The notes: generated from the letters alone by a model not told the origin. Counted from the first letter of the stretch, positions 24,346 to 35,725 are shown. The stretch is 64,000 bases of DNA from Felis catus (GCF_018350175.1 NC_058383.1:14634001-14698000), one strand, 5' to 3'. Numbers and translations: made by a program.

Positions 24346-27314
24346 GAACTTCTAGCGCAGAAGGGAGACCCAGGGCAGGCTGTCCCCGTGTGGCCATCTA
24401 CCGTGCAGATGAAACATGCCAGTCCTTCACGCTCTGCTCTCTGCGTCATCGATGCTGGCGATCATGGTCTCTAAGTAGGTGCGTAAACAGAGGAGTTGGT
24501 GGGACCCATTGGTACCGCAGGCTTCCCGGAACTCCTTACCACCATTCTCCCCACCAGTCTGTTCACGCACCTCTGCCAAGAGGTGGTGGGCACTCTGAAG
24601 GCCTGCGCTGTGCCTTACACGGCGTCCACGGCCAGTCCTGTCACGGAGCCTGGCCCCGGCCAGCTGCAGGACAGATGGTCGCTGAAAGAATAAGTGTGAG
24701 TCCTCCATTTGTTCTAAGCATAGTCCTTCCTACATGCCTTCCCTCTCCGTCCAAGGTCCCTCCACCCAAAATCCGACAGAAGAGCCCCTGTGCCATGGGA
24801 CCCGCCATGCTCAGATTCTCTATCATTTCAAGGTGGAAGAGCAGCGTCATTGAATGCATTTTCCTGCTGTGAGAGGAACCTCAAGGGTGCCTGAGTTTTT
24901 AGCGAAGCCCTGAATTCTTGATAAGGTGTAATACTCGGCTGCTGGGCGGATGGAGCTCTCTTGCTCTCTGCTGGGCGCTCTGCTCTGTGAGGAGACAGCG
25001 AGACGGGGGGCCCCCGCCTCCCTGACCGGACGGATTCAGGTGGATCCAAACTCCCTCACCACGGGAAGGCGTGAAATTAATTCGATGACATAGTTCTTTC
25101 TCCTCCGGAGAGAAGCATGGGCTGAATGAGCTCCGGAGCATCGCCCACTTCTACTCTTTTCTCCGCCCATCTGCAAAAGGCCTCATCCTACCCAAAGACA
25201 GCTGCCCAAATCAGTGGGCCAGAGCTTGTCAACCAGGGGGTAGAGCTGTTTACAGTTTACCATGGTAGTGACCCCTGTCGTCTGGGACGTCTGGACGGGG
25301 TCTTGGGCAGCCAGAGTTCCGCTGCGTGACTGAATGCTCTCACCCATTTATCTAGGTGCAGCATAAACATACAGCCGTCTTCTCTAAGTGGGCACCCATG
25401 GGGCAAAGCCACACAGGGTCATTTGATCTGCAGAATTTCCTGCCCTTGCCTCCACCCTTCCTGCTTGGCCCCACACCATGGACAACACAGCTTCCCCCGT
25501 CTAGTAAGAAGTCCTCTCCCGAGAAAGGGCGTGTCTTGCCATCAGCCTGCCAACCGTGTCCAGGGGTGAAGCACAGAAGACGCCAGGGTAACCAGAGAGA
25601 CCTCCAGAGTCCTTCCTGGCCCCAAGATTTTCTCACGTGGACAACCAAACCGGGAGACTGGGCTGTAAAGGCATGGGGAGACCCCTCCCCACCGTGAGCA
25701 AAGGGGCAGACACGTCTGGAGCCTGGACAAGATGAGCAGACCGGGCAAAGGAAGAAGAGGTTGGTGGAGTTGAGAGCGGGCATCAGGCTGTGATGGATCC
25801 ATTGGACTCACGAGAGTCCCCACACTTGATGTGGGGACATGAGGACAGAGAGGAGGAGAGTGCGGTGTTCCATGGTCCCACAAGGAACCGGCGCAGGTTA
25901 GCCCGGGGATTGGCTCAGCCTTTGCAAACACCCCAGTGCAGTGGTGACCCAGAAAAAAGATGAAGACCCATCACTGCGCCACGATGAGGTTGAGTACCTG
26001 TTTACTGCCGCATTCTGGAAGACGGTCTCCGCTGACTGCCAGCCCTGTGGAGCAGCCCTGAGGCTCCGAATCTACGGCTGACACGGCAGAGGCTTTGCCC
26101 TCCGGGAAAGACTCACCATTCTGAACGAAAGCAAGGAGCAGCTTTGACCCGCCCCCGCCATCACCATGGCAGGTGCCCCTCCCCAGCTCCGGAAGCAGCT
26201 CAGAGCCCGCCCCGGCCGCTCCCGGCTAAGTGATGCTCCTTCTGCTCCTCCTCAAAGGCCATCTCCGACAGGGCAGCTTGGAGGGGACGCTGAAGTGGCC
26301 CACGTCCCCACAGCCTGCCCAGCACTCGATGAAGCAAGATGTGCATGCGTCGTGCCTCATTTGTCCCAGGCTCCTCCACGCGTGGTGGCTCACCCAGCCG
26401 CAGCCCCGAAAGTGCCTCCAGCCCCGTATGCCTTACGGAGGGGGGCCCCGAGCACACACTCACACGGTGCGGCCAGGGTCCAGGGCCACTTTACTCTCTG
26501 CGGCTTGTGTCTTGTCGTAGAACCCAGGCTGCACGGTAGACGGGCTCCCCCGCCGTATGGGTAACAAGCGATCGCATTTGAGCTGGCAGTGCCTTTCCGG
26601 GTGAAGATCTGTAAATACAGACAACTGGCTTGGGACGCGCGCCCACCGATGGGTCCTCTGGCTGCGAATCTGAGACGAGACGCCCAACGAGACCAGACTG
26701 TCTGCATGTCAAACGCGTGGCTTCCAGTTTGACCGGTAGCAGGTGGAAGGAGAGCCTGGACGTAGAGCAAGCTTCCTCTGTGCTCGGACTTGGACGGCGG
26801 GCTGGGCCTCGCCGGAGCCTCATGGTTAACTAATGGAGCCGACGGAGCAAGGGAGTGAGATTAGGATCGGGGTTCCGGATTTCGGATTTCGCCTCTGCCT
26901 TCTCCCTTCTGCCAGGGCCACACGCTCTGCTGCTTTAATCTGAACTTGGGTTTGGGGATGTGCACCTTGCTTACCCCGGTGTGACTGTTAAAACATGCTG
27001 GCCAGGTTCCGCTGTGACGGGGGGCACAGCCACAGGTCAGACTCTGACTCTGACTGTGGCTGCGATATTTATGTTCTCTGGAGGCGTTGCTTTCACTTAT
27101 TCAACAACTACTTTCTGAGCACCTGCTAAGTGGCAGGCCCCATAGTCGTAGGCGCTGCAGACACATCAGGGGGTGGGACAGAGAAAATTCCCTGTCCTCA
27201 CGGAGCTTAGTGTAGTTGGGACAGACTGAAAGTGTGAGCAGAATGTCAGATGGTGAGGTAGGTCGCACGCCCAGGGGCGCCAGAAGGAGGTTCTTGGCGA
27301 CGGTGGTGGCGAAT

Positions 27315-27460
27315 TTGTTTTCGTTTTTGTTTCGTTCGTTTTGGGTTTTTTATCATTCGTATTTATTTATTTTTTTTAATTTACATTTTTGTCAGTTAAC
27401 ATATGGTACAATATCGGTTTCAGGAGTAGAACCCAGGGATTCATCACTTACATACAACAT
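27315..27460 (-). mobile_element. Carnivore L1 extreme 3' end
   Basis: Reverse complement tgttgtatgtaagtgatgaatccctgggttctactcctgaaacc + A-rich tail. Confidence 0.85.
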
Positions 27461-27476
27461 TGGGTGGTTCACTTTT

Positions 27477-27679
27477 AACGTTTATTTATTTTTGAGACAG
27501 AGAGCGACAGAGCATGAACGGGGGAGGGGCAGAGAGAGAGGGAGACACAGAATCTGAAGTAGGCTCCAGGCTCTGAGCTGTCAGCACAGAGCCCGACGCG
27601 GGGCTCGAACTCACGGACTGTGAGATCGTGACCTGAGCCGAAGTCGGAGGCTTAACCGACTGAGCCACCCAGGCGCCCC
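27477..27679 (-). mobile_element. CanSINE
   Basis: TSD gggtggttcacttttaa at 27462-27478 and 27682-27698. Confidence 0.95.
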
Positions 27680-27952
27680 AAGGGTGGTTCACTTTTAAAT
27701 GAGGAGGTCAGGGAGGTGGGGGGTCCTGCCATTTGGGCAGAGACATTAGGAGGTGAGAGTGGATGGGGTGGCTCTTTGTGGGGAGGAGACTCCAGGCACA
27801 CGGAATGGTTGGTGACAAGGCCACAAGGCGGGCAGCTGCTTGGGGTTCGGGCCGGAGGGGCTGGAGGGCAGGGAGCGAGGGCGCACTGGTCTACAAGTAA
27901 TATGTCTCATGTTCAACAGGAAACTGTTTCTCCTTTTAAAATGGAGATAATC

Positions 27953-28125
27953 GGGCACCTGGCTGGCTCAGTCGGTTAAGCCTCCAACTTCTGCCCAGGT
28001 TATGAGTTCGAGCCCTGCATTGGTCTCTGCACTCGCAGTGTGGAGCCTGTTTGAGATCTTCTGTCTTCTTCTCTCTCCCTCTTTCTCTCTCTCTCACAAA
28101 TAAACATTAAAAAATAAAACGAAAC
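27953..28125 (+). mobile_element. CanSINE (older) inserted in a MIR
   Basis: Outer TSD taaaatggagataatc at 27937-27952 and 28362-28377 encloses this and the next SINE. Confidence 0.9.
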
Positions 28126-28361
28126 GGGGCACGTGGGTGGCTCAGCCGGTTGGGCGTCCGACTTCGGCTCAGGTCACGATCTCACGGTCCGTGGGTTCGA
28201 GGCCCGCGTCGGGCTCTGTGCTGACAGCTCGGAGCCTGGAGCCTGCTTCGGATTCTGTGTCTCCCTCTCTCTCTGCCCTTCCCCCCCCTCACACTCTGTC
28301 TCTGTCTCTGTCCTTCTCTCAAAAATAAACAAACATTAAAACAAAACAAAACAAGGTAAAA
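28126..28361 (+). mobile_element. CanSINE inserted in the A tail of the preceding SINE
   Basis: Full consensus directly after the A-rich tail. Confidence 0.93.
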
Positions 28362-28621
28362 TAAAATGGAGATAATCAACGCCCTACAGCGTAGTCCCTG
28401 TAGGGTAAGGTTAAAGGGGTGGTAACTGGGTACAGGGCGAACGAGAGGACATTCACAGCTCACCGCTCCCAGTCTCAACCACCACAGTGACGGGAGCCTT
28501 AGCCTGAATAACAGTTCACTCACCCAGTACCTTTCCGCCAGCTTGATCCGTCCCACTGGAGTGTGAACGTGTGAGGAGCCCGGAGAACAGAGTTTTTTGG
28601 GGCCCTCCTACGGGTGGGTTT

Positions 28622-29340
28622 TGTGGAAGGCCGAAGAACAGCCCCAAAGATATCTACATCCTAATCCCAGGGTTTGCAAATCGGCACCCTAATGCGGTTA
28701 AAGGGGCTTTGCGGGTGTGACCGAGTTAAGGACGTTGAGATGGGAGGTTATCCTGGATTCTCTGGGTGGGTCCTAAATGTGATCACAAGGGTCCTTATAG
28801 GATGGAGGCCGAGGGAGGTTGGGCGCAAGAGGACAAGGCAATATGATAAGGCAGTGCTGCCCTTAAAGATACAGGGAGGAAAGGGGCGCCTGGGTGGTGC
28901 AGTCGGTTAAGCGTCCGACTTCAGCCAGGTCACGATCTCACGGTCCGTGAGTTCGAGCCCCGCGTCGGGCTCTGGGCTGATGGCTCAGAGCCTGGAGCCT
29001 GTTTCTGATTCTGTGTCTTGCTCTCTCTCTGCCCCTCCCCCGTTCATGCTCTGTCTCTCTCTGTCCCCCAAAAAATAAATAAACGTTGAAAAAAAAATTA
29101 AAAAAAAAAAGATACAGGGAGGGCCACATGCCATGGGTGCAGGCAGTCATCAGAAGCTAGAAAAGACAAAGAAACAGTGCTCCCCACCCCAGAGCACAGC
29201 CCTGCCAACACCTTCATCTCAGCCCAGTGAAAGTGATTTCCGCCTTCTGAACTCCAGAATGCTAAGAGGATAGATACATTTATGTTACTTCCAGCCACAA
29301 AGCTTGTCACATTTTGTTATAGCGGCCACAACAAGTTTAT
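28622..29340 (+). mobile_element. MLT1C/D-like MaLR solo LTR, split by a CanSINE
   Basis: tgtggaaggccgaagaacagccccaaagatatctacatcctaatcc...cagccctgccaacaccttcatctcagcccagtga...ttgttatagc. Confidence 0.88.
28883..29110 (+). mobile_element. Young-type felid CanSINE
   Basis: cttcagccaggtcacg and ctctgggctgatggctc variants; TSD aaagatacagggagg at 28865-28879 and 29108-29122. Confidence 0.95.
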
Positions 29341-29808
29341 GTTTGGTTTTTGTTTATAAAATAAAGGCATTTTGCCAAGAGCTCGCTCAGGTCTGGGAAG
29401 AACTCCTCTCACCTTCGAGAGTTCGGACCCAGGGGACACCGTGGTTTGTCAGGAGACGGTCGCACAGCTACCAGACTGTCCAGTTTGGGGGCCGATGGCA
29501 AACCGTGAACACTCTCCTTAATAGTGGGCTGCCATGAGACAGGGGCAGAGGGTCCCAAGAGGGAGCCCACTCTACCCGGCCCCTGGGAGATGTTTAAATT
29601 CTGCAGTGTCTTGGGGATGATGGAGTGGGACGATCAGAGACAACTAAGAAAAATATCTGTGCGCTCAGAGCAACTCTTGAGAAGCAAAAACATACATAAT
29701 TCCCCTTTGCACGTCTAACGGGGTTGGTGTTATTAATGTGAGGGAGTGTTAAGGCAAGCATGTATGACAGATCTGATTGAAAGTGAAGGCATAATGAAGA
29801 AGCCAGTG

Positions 29809-29809
<1 letters not shown>

Positions 29810-29841
<32 letters not shown>
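29810..29841. repeat. (TG)n microsatellite
   Basis: Directly visible. Confidence 0.95.
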
Positions 29842-29842
<1 letters not shown>

Positions 29843-29869
29843 AAGCCCTTAGTTAGGAATACATTGAGA

Positions 29870-30030
29870 AAAGCCCCACGACCTGGGCTTCTGTCCAGAC
29901 ACTGTCGTGTAGGGCTGTGTGACCCAGTCAAGGTTTCGAAGCTTCTCTGTTCCTTAGTTTTCCCCTATGGAAGAACACAGTGTTATTGATACCACCGGAT
30001 TGTTCTGTGGATGAAACCCTTTTTATCCTA
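29870..30030 (+). mobile_element. MIR remnant
   Basis: gctgtgtgacccagtcaagg...ctctgttccttagttttcccctatgg. Confidence 0.55.
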
Positions 30031-30289
30031 AAATGCACAGCTCCTTGTACTTCGTACAGGTTGCCTGCTCTGTTGTGGCCCCCCCCCCATGAAAAGTTAA
30101 GTGGATCCAGTGTCCCTGGGTCAGTTATCACAGAGGTAAGACTCGACGGAGGCTGAGTCCAGGGTCTGTTTTCGCCCCTTAGTTGGTTGCCGTGGCAGTT
30201 CCGGAAAAATGGGATTAATCAGCTGGGTTCTCCGTATCCCCGTGCAAATAAATGCAGAGTATTTGTGCCACTGGTTGATGCAGGGACTA

Positions 30290-30525
30290 ATGGAATTGTA
30301 ATCGAGGATGGATTCTGCCACTGACTGGCCGAGTGTCCTTAGGCAGGTCACTTCATAGCTTGGGATGTGTTTCTTTATCCGTTTAAAATATAATGATGAT
30401 GATGATGAGATAAGAATAGTAATAATGAAGTAATACTCATAATAATAGTAAGAAGAATATCTGTCTTAGCCACCTCTTAGAGATCTGGGGAGTCTCAAAT
30501 AAAATAAGAATGTTAAATCTTTCTA
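30290..30525 (+). mobile_element. MIR remnant with (ATG/AAT)n expansion
   Basis: ttctgccactgactggccgagtgtccttaggcaggtcacttca...tgtttctttatccgtttaaaatataatgatgatgat. Confidence 0.6.
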
Positions 30526-31224
30526 ATGAAAAATGCAAGGTAATGCAAATATAAGAGATAATTTTGATAGGCCTATTCACGATGTGATGTCTGATTTCGT
30601 CTCCGTATTTAGGCTCATGGAATCCACCTCTGATCCAGGCTGGAAGCCCAAGTCGGCCGACACGTAATTCTGTCTGAGAACAGTGAAATTCCAGCTCCTC
30701 GTGGCTGCAGCAGACCTGTGGGTTTTTTTTTTTTTTTCCTCATTTAAAGACTGTCACTTAGGCTTTTAGGATTCTCCTGACAGCTTCCATCTGGCATTCA
30801 GCAGAGCAACAGAGGAGATGTCATTGCATGACTTGTCTCGTTCTGGAACGTTCCTTTTCCCATACCCATGACCCCAGGCGAGTAATTCTTAGCGACTATC
30901 CTCAGATAGAGAAGAAAGCCATTTCCGATGGGCTGGGGGTTGGGGGAGAGGAGCCAGATAGGAACCACCTGTAAATGCAGATAAGGAATGTAGAGCCGGT
31001 TGGCGGCTTGGATTGCCTTTGCGATGAGTGGGACCTGTCTGGATCCGGGAACTTGTCGGGAAACAAGGTCCTGGAAGCCAAGGTGACCTGCTGAAAATCC
31101 CCCAGTGACTCCCTAGGTCTCTCATCATCGAGTCCAAGTCCTTCAACACTTCCCCTCACACGTGATACACATTATCCCATACCCGGGTTTATCATCACAC
31201 CTACAATGGTGTATGAAAATTTCC

Positions 31225-31356
31225 CGCTGACGTTTCTGCCTTGTCGTTAGACCAGAAGATCCTTGAGGACAGAGGTGTATTCCGTTGGTGGTTTTATTTC
31301 TACAGCACCTAGCAGAAGTTAGCCCGAGCTCGGCATTGGCTGAATGGAAGAATGAG
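31225..31356 (+). mobile_element. L2 3' end remnant
   Basis: ttagaccagaagatccttgaggacagagg...cagcacctagcagaag...tgaatggaagaatga. Confidence 0.65.
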
Positions 31357-31889
31357 CGCAGGTTGTCTTGAGAAATGGGTAAAACCATCGATGCATCGAG
31401 GAAAGCTCCCATGCCCAGAGAAGCAGGGCAAATGGAAATGCCCCAGAAACGGGCCACGATCACATATGAAAGTTAAAGCAAGAGGTATGAATTGAACAAA
31501 ATCCAGGGGCAATCATCAAAGGTAAAGATGGGACGACATGGGATGCACAACGGATGAAGAGAAGGTGACCAGATACAGGATGAAGAATCAAGAGACCGGA
31601 ATCAAACGGGTCTCGGCTGAAGAGAGGGCAGAAAAGAAACAAGCACACAGAAACGAGAGAAAAGAATGGCAAGGTAGGGCTGTGTGTCCCTTCCAGGATA
31701 GAGAATTAGTAGCCTTCGTGGTTAAAAATTAGGAGAACTAAGGTACTTTGTTCTGAGATTGAGAAGGGAAAGGAAGGTGGTTATTTTTTCCCTCAGAATC
31801 CCAAATTAGTTAGAATATCCTTGACCCAATTTTAGTTCCCAGAGGCAACCCATGCAGTTCAGAGACCTTCCTCCTCCAGGAAAACGACC

Positions 31890-32422
31890 AGGGGTAAGCC
31901 CATGGCTCTCTGTTCGCGAACCAGATCACAAATGCAGACCATTTTAAGCCATATGGCCCTTTGTTGTAGGAACTGGAACCCAATCGTGGTGTGTGGGAAT
32001 GTGGCACGGCGCTCTGTTTTCGCAACCGGATCACAAACACGGCACTTCGTTAGGCCCCTGGCCTTATGTTTTAGTAACCGATCACAAATACAACATTCGG
32101 TTGGGCTGCAGGGTCCCCTGTTTAGCAGCCAGATCGCCAATACGGCACTTGGGTTAAGTTACGCTTGCTTCTGTTCTGTGTCACCAAATCACAACTAAGG
32201 CATGTGGTTTAACAACCAGATCACAAACGTGGCACATGGGTAAGTGGTGTAACTTTCCAACGTAGGAGCCAGAGACAATCTGGAGACTGTGGTTAAGCTG
32301 TAGCCTCTCTCCCTTTTGCTAAGCAGGTCACACGTCTAGCAGGTGGCCCTGTGTCTCAGATCACAAATTGAGCACACAGCTAAGCTGTGCAGGGCTGCGT
32401 TTGTTGGATTCAATTACACATC
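31890..32422. repeat. Highly diverged ~53-bp tandem repeat array (~10 units), core AACCAGATCACAAA
   Basis: Core variants start at 31919, 31971, 32024, 32076, 32127, 32182, 32214, 32267, 32321 and 32354. Recurring GGCAC..GGTTAAG and CTCTGTT submotifs lie between them. Confidence 0.85.
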
Positions 32423-32744
32423 CCGACCTCATCCTTTAAGAGTTTATTTGTTGCCTATGAAATTTTAATCAGCTCAAGATAAACATTTTGGAAAACAAGA
32501 TAACTGAGGCCATGAAACTAGCAGCTCCACGTAAACACTTAAAAAGGCAGATTGAGCTCATGTCAGAGAAGTGAGGGAGGTCAAGGGGAGGGATTCTGGA
32601 GGAAACATACCACCCTTGCCAGAGCTGGTGACGTGAGGACATCAGAACAGCGATGGGATAGACCAAGGCCATTTCATTAGATGCTCTTTGCCACTGTGGA
32701 TTGTCACACTGGAGAAGAACTCGGCCTTATAATTTGAATTACTG

Positions 32745-33135
32745 CAAGGCAAATATTTAGTCCCCACACTTATGCTATGACTGGAGTCTATTCTGGCCCC
32801 AGTGGTGTGGGACTTGGCCATGTGACTCGCCTTGGGCACTAAGATGTCAGAGGAAGTGGCATTAGCAGAGGTAGCTGGGCAGCACCTTCTTGTACCAATG
32901 ACATCTCAATGCAAAAACCTTTCTATGAGTTTTGTCTGCCTGGGCCCAGAACAAACACAAGTGGGGCAGACCGGAGCCCAACTTGCACTGGAAGCAGAGC
33001 CTCCCAGCTGACCCTCAGCATAGATCAGCTGACTTAGCAGAGCCATGAACGTCCCTGTAAGTGCCTCTTGTTACACGTCACTGGGTTTGGGGGTGACTTC
33101 CTGTGCAGCATCATCGTGCAACATTAACTGATACA
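32745..33135 (+). mobile_element. MLT1J-like MaLR solo LTR
   Basis: gggacttggccatgtgactcgccttgggc...gcctgggcccagaa...gtcactgggtttgggggtgac...taactgataca. Confidence 0.75.
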
Positions 33136-33638
33136 CTTGGAATTTCCAAGGGCAGGAGTAACCGCTCCATGGGAGCGGGAAGCGGCACCAAGGAGAAGGC
33201 CACACGGCCGATGTGGCTCTGAGTGAAGGTCAGGTCTAACAGAAAACAAGGGAAGAAACGCTGACCCAGATTCACTGGCTTTACCCTTCATAGAGAAGCA
33301 GTTCTACAGAGATGAGCTTCCCCTCACGCACCTGCCCGTGCTCCTGGCTCCCTCCACGCTTACGTATGCGGCCAGCCCACTGACACTCATACTAGTCGAT
33401 CGCAAATTCTATTCCATTATTTACCTTTCCTTATGCAAAGGACGGTGTGCTGGAGGAAATGAACACACCGAGTTTGCAACCTGTGAAAAGAATTCAAGAC
33501 ATAAAAATGGCAGGAGCACTTCCGAGGCTGGAGAAAACATACGTTTGAAAGATATAGGAAATAAAAGTCAACTCCACACAGCAATTGCTTTGTGCTCCCC
33601 GTGGTATTCTTATATACATATATTTGTTGATTAGATGG

Positions 33639-33686
33639 AAACGAGTTAATATGTAGTGTCTTAAACGAGTTAATATGTAGTGTCTT
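33639..33686. repeat. Perfect 24-bp tandem duplication
   Basis: aaacgagttaatatgtagtgtctt x2. Confidence 0.95.
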
Positions 33687-33699
33687 AAAAATCTAATAA

Positions 33700-34600
33700 C
33701 GCTACAGCAGAAATGACGACGGAGCAGCAAAGAGCAAGGTTTATAGGAGAGAAAATGGACTCAGTGATTCAGATGGCAAAATAAATATCATTAGCTCTGA
33801 CATGCAGAGAGAAGGATCCAGAGATGAAAAGCATACGAGAGGAGATGATAAATATAAGGGGCATAGAATAGAGATATACAGAAAACCATTATTTCTTTAA
33901 AAAATTTTTTTAATGTTTATTTATTTTTGACAGAGAGAGAGAGAGAGAGAGGGAGGGAGGGAGGATGAGTGGGGGAGGGGCAGAGAGAGAGGGAGACACA
34001 GAATCCGAAGCGGGCTCCAGGCTCTGAGCTGTCAGCACAGAGCCCGACGCGGGGCTCGAACCCACAGGCCGCGAGATCGTGACCTGAGCCGAAGTCGGAC
34101 GCTCAACCGACGGAGCCGCCCAGGCGCCCCAAGAAAACCATTATTTCCAAAGAAGAGCCAAGAAGACATGAACAGAAGCAATAGCCAAATAATATAATAG
34201 TAATAAAACAATACATCCTAAAAGTTTAGTTCTCCAGATCTTTAGGCCTTACTGTGTAGCAAGTAACATAATTTCAAAGATGCCAACACTTAGACACATC
34301 TGGATGAGATGTTTGGAATGCAAAAATAAAAACTGTTGCAAAACATCTCAGCGTCAAGAGCAGGCTACCTCCCAAGTAAGAAAACGCGGCCTTCTTGGAC
34401 AGGTGCTGTGCAACCCTGAGCTCCAGAAGGCAGTGGAGAGATATCACTGGGACTTTAAGAGACAGCGCTTTTACTTAAGGATTTGACACCTGGCAGGTTC
34501 TGATTCATCTTCAAAGACAACAGACCTTGTAACAGCTCTGCAAGAGTTCAGAAAGCATAAAATCCACCAGCCTTCCTAAACAAATCATTTAAAATGCACA
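33700..34600 (+). mobile_element. Ancient L1 ORF1-like (HAL1/L1ME-type) remnant
   Basis: PTLRHIWMRCLECKNK resembles L1 ORF1p PTPRHIIVKF; agaaggcagtggagagatatc (RRQWRDI) and aggatttgacacctggca resemble ORF1 C-terminal motifs. Confidence 0.6.
33896..34130 (-). mobile_element. CanSINE
   Basis: TSD agaaaaccattatttc at 33880-33895 and 34132-34147. Confidence 0.95.
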
Positions 34601-34901
34601 TCAGCTCACTGACAGATGAATAAAATGAAGAGTTCAGGAATGGGGAAAGCAGGACCTCAAGGGACTGTTTCTGAGAACTGAAACCATCCAATCTAACGTG
34701 CAATTTAAAATGAATGTTGTAAGCGTGACTATAAAGCAAAACGCAAATAAAATAAGATGGCTAGTTCTTAAAAATAAAGGCATAGTGTGAAAAACCAGTA
34801 ATTTAACCATAATAAATTGAATCTAAATCCCAGAATGCATGATTGAAGATCAAAACATAAAAAAGGGAGAGATAATAAGGGCGGAAAAAAATACTAATTT
34901 C

Positions 34902-35255
34902 TTTTTTTTTCTCCCCATGAAATACGGGATTGTGATACCTCTAGCTTTGTTCCTCTTTCTCAAGATGGCTTTGGCTATTCAGGGTCTTTTGTGGTTTCAT
35001 ACACATATTAGGATTGTTTATTGCAGCTCTGTGAAAAATGCTGTTGCTTTTTGATAGGGATTGCATCAGATCCGTAAATTGCTTTGGGTAGTACATACAT
35101 TTCAACAATATAGGTTTTTCCAATACTTAACAGCTTTGGCTATCCATGAGCATGGGATATCTTTGCATTTGTTTGTGTTATCTTCAATTTCATTTGTCAA
35201 TGTTTTATGGTTTTTCGAGTCCAGGTCTTTCACTTCCTTGGGTAAGTTCGTTCTG
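34902..35255 (-). mobile_element. L1 ORF2 internal fragment
   Basis: gtgatacctctagctttgttcctctttctcaagatggctttggctattcagggtcttttgtggtttcatac (L1 ORF2 antisense). Confidence 0.88.
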
Positions 35256-35494
35256 AAAAAAAAAAAAAGTACTAATCCCTTTATTTAAATGGGGGCAGAG
35301 TTCTTATTTGATTGCACTGGTTAGTAGATTAATGTTAAGTAATAGTTGTGGCAACGGGCATATTTACCATGTTTCTGATTTTAATGGAAATGCCTTTGAG
35401 GCTGTATCTAATTATATTGTTTTTTTTTTTACAAATTTTGTTCTGTTGAAGATAGTCCCAGGAAGTGAAGTGCTCTTCTAAAATAACTACATGA

Positions 35495-35725
35495 GGGGCG
35501 CCTGGGTGGCTCAGGCAGTTAGGCATCCGACTTCAACTCAGGTCACGATCTCGCGGTCTGTGAGTTTGAGCCCCGCGTTGGGCTCTGGGCTGATGGCTGA
35601 TGGCTTCCGATTCTGTGTCTCCCTCTCTCTCTGCCCCTCCCCCGTTCATGCTCTGTCTCTCTCTGTCTCAAAAATAAACGTTAAAAAAATTAAAAAATAA
35701 AATAAAATAAAATAAAATAAAATAA
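35495..35725 (+). mobile_element. CanSINE with internal deletion and (TAAAA)n tail
   Basis: TSD taaaataactacatgag at 35479-35495 and 35723-35739. Confidence 0.95.

Larger units (their letters stand above)
27090..27900 (-). mobile_element. L2 3' remnant, interrupted by L1 tail and SINE
   Basis: ttcacttattcaacaactactttctgagcacctgctaagtggcagg...ccctgtcctcacggagctta. Confidence 0.75.

Noticed and set aside
31890..32422. CRISPR-like repeat/spacer appearance of the 53-bp array
   Set aside because: Mammalian intron, no cas genes, cores are degenerate and the linkers are homologous to each other, so it is a diverged tandem repeat.
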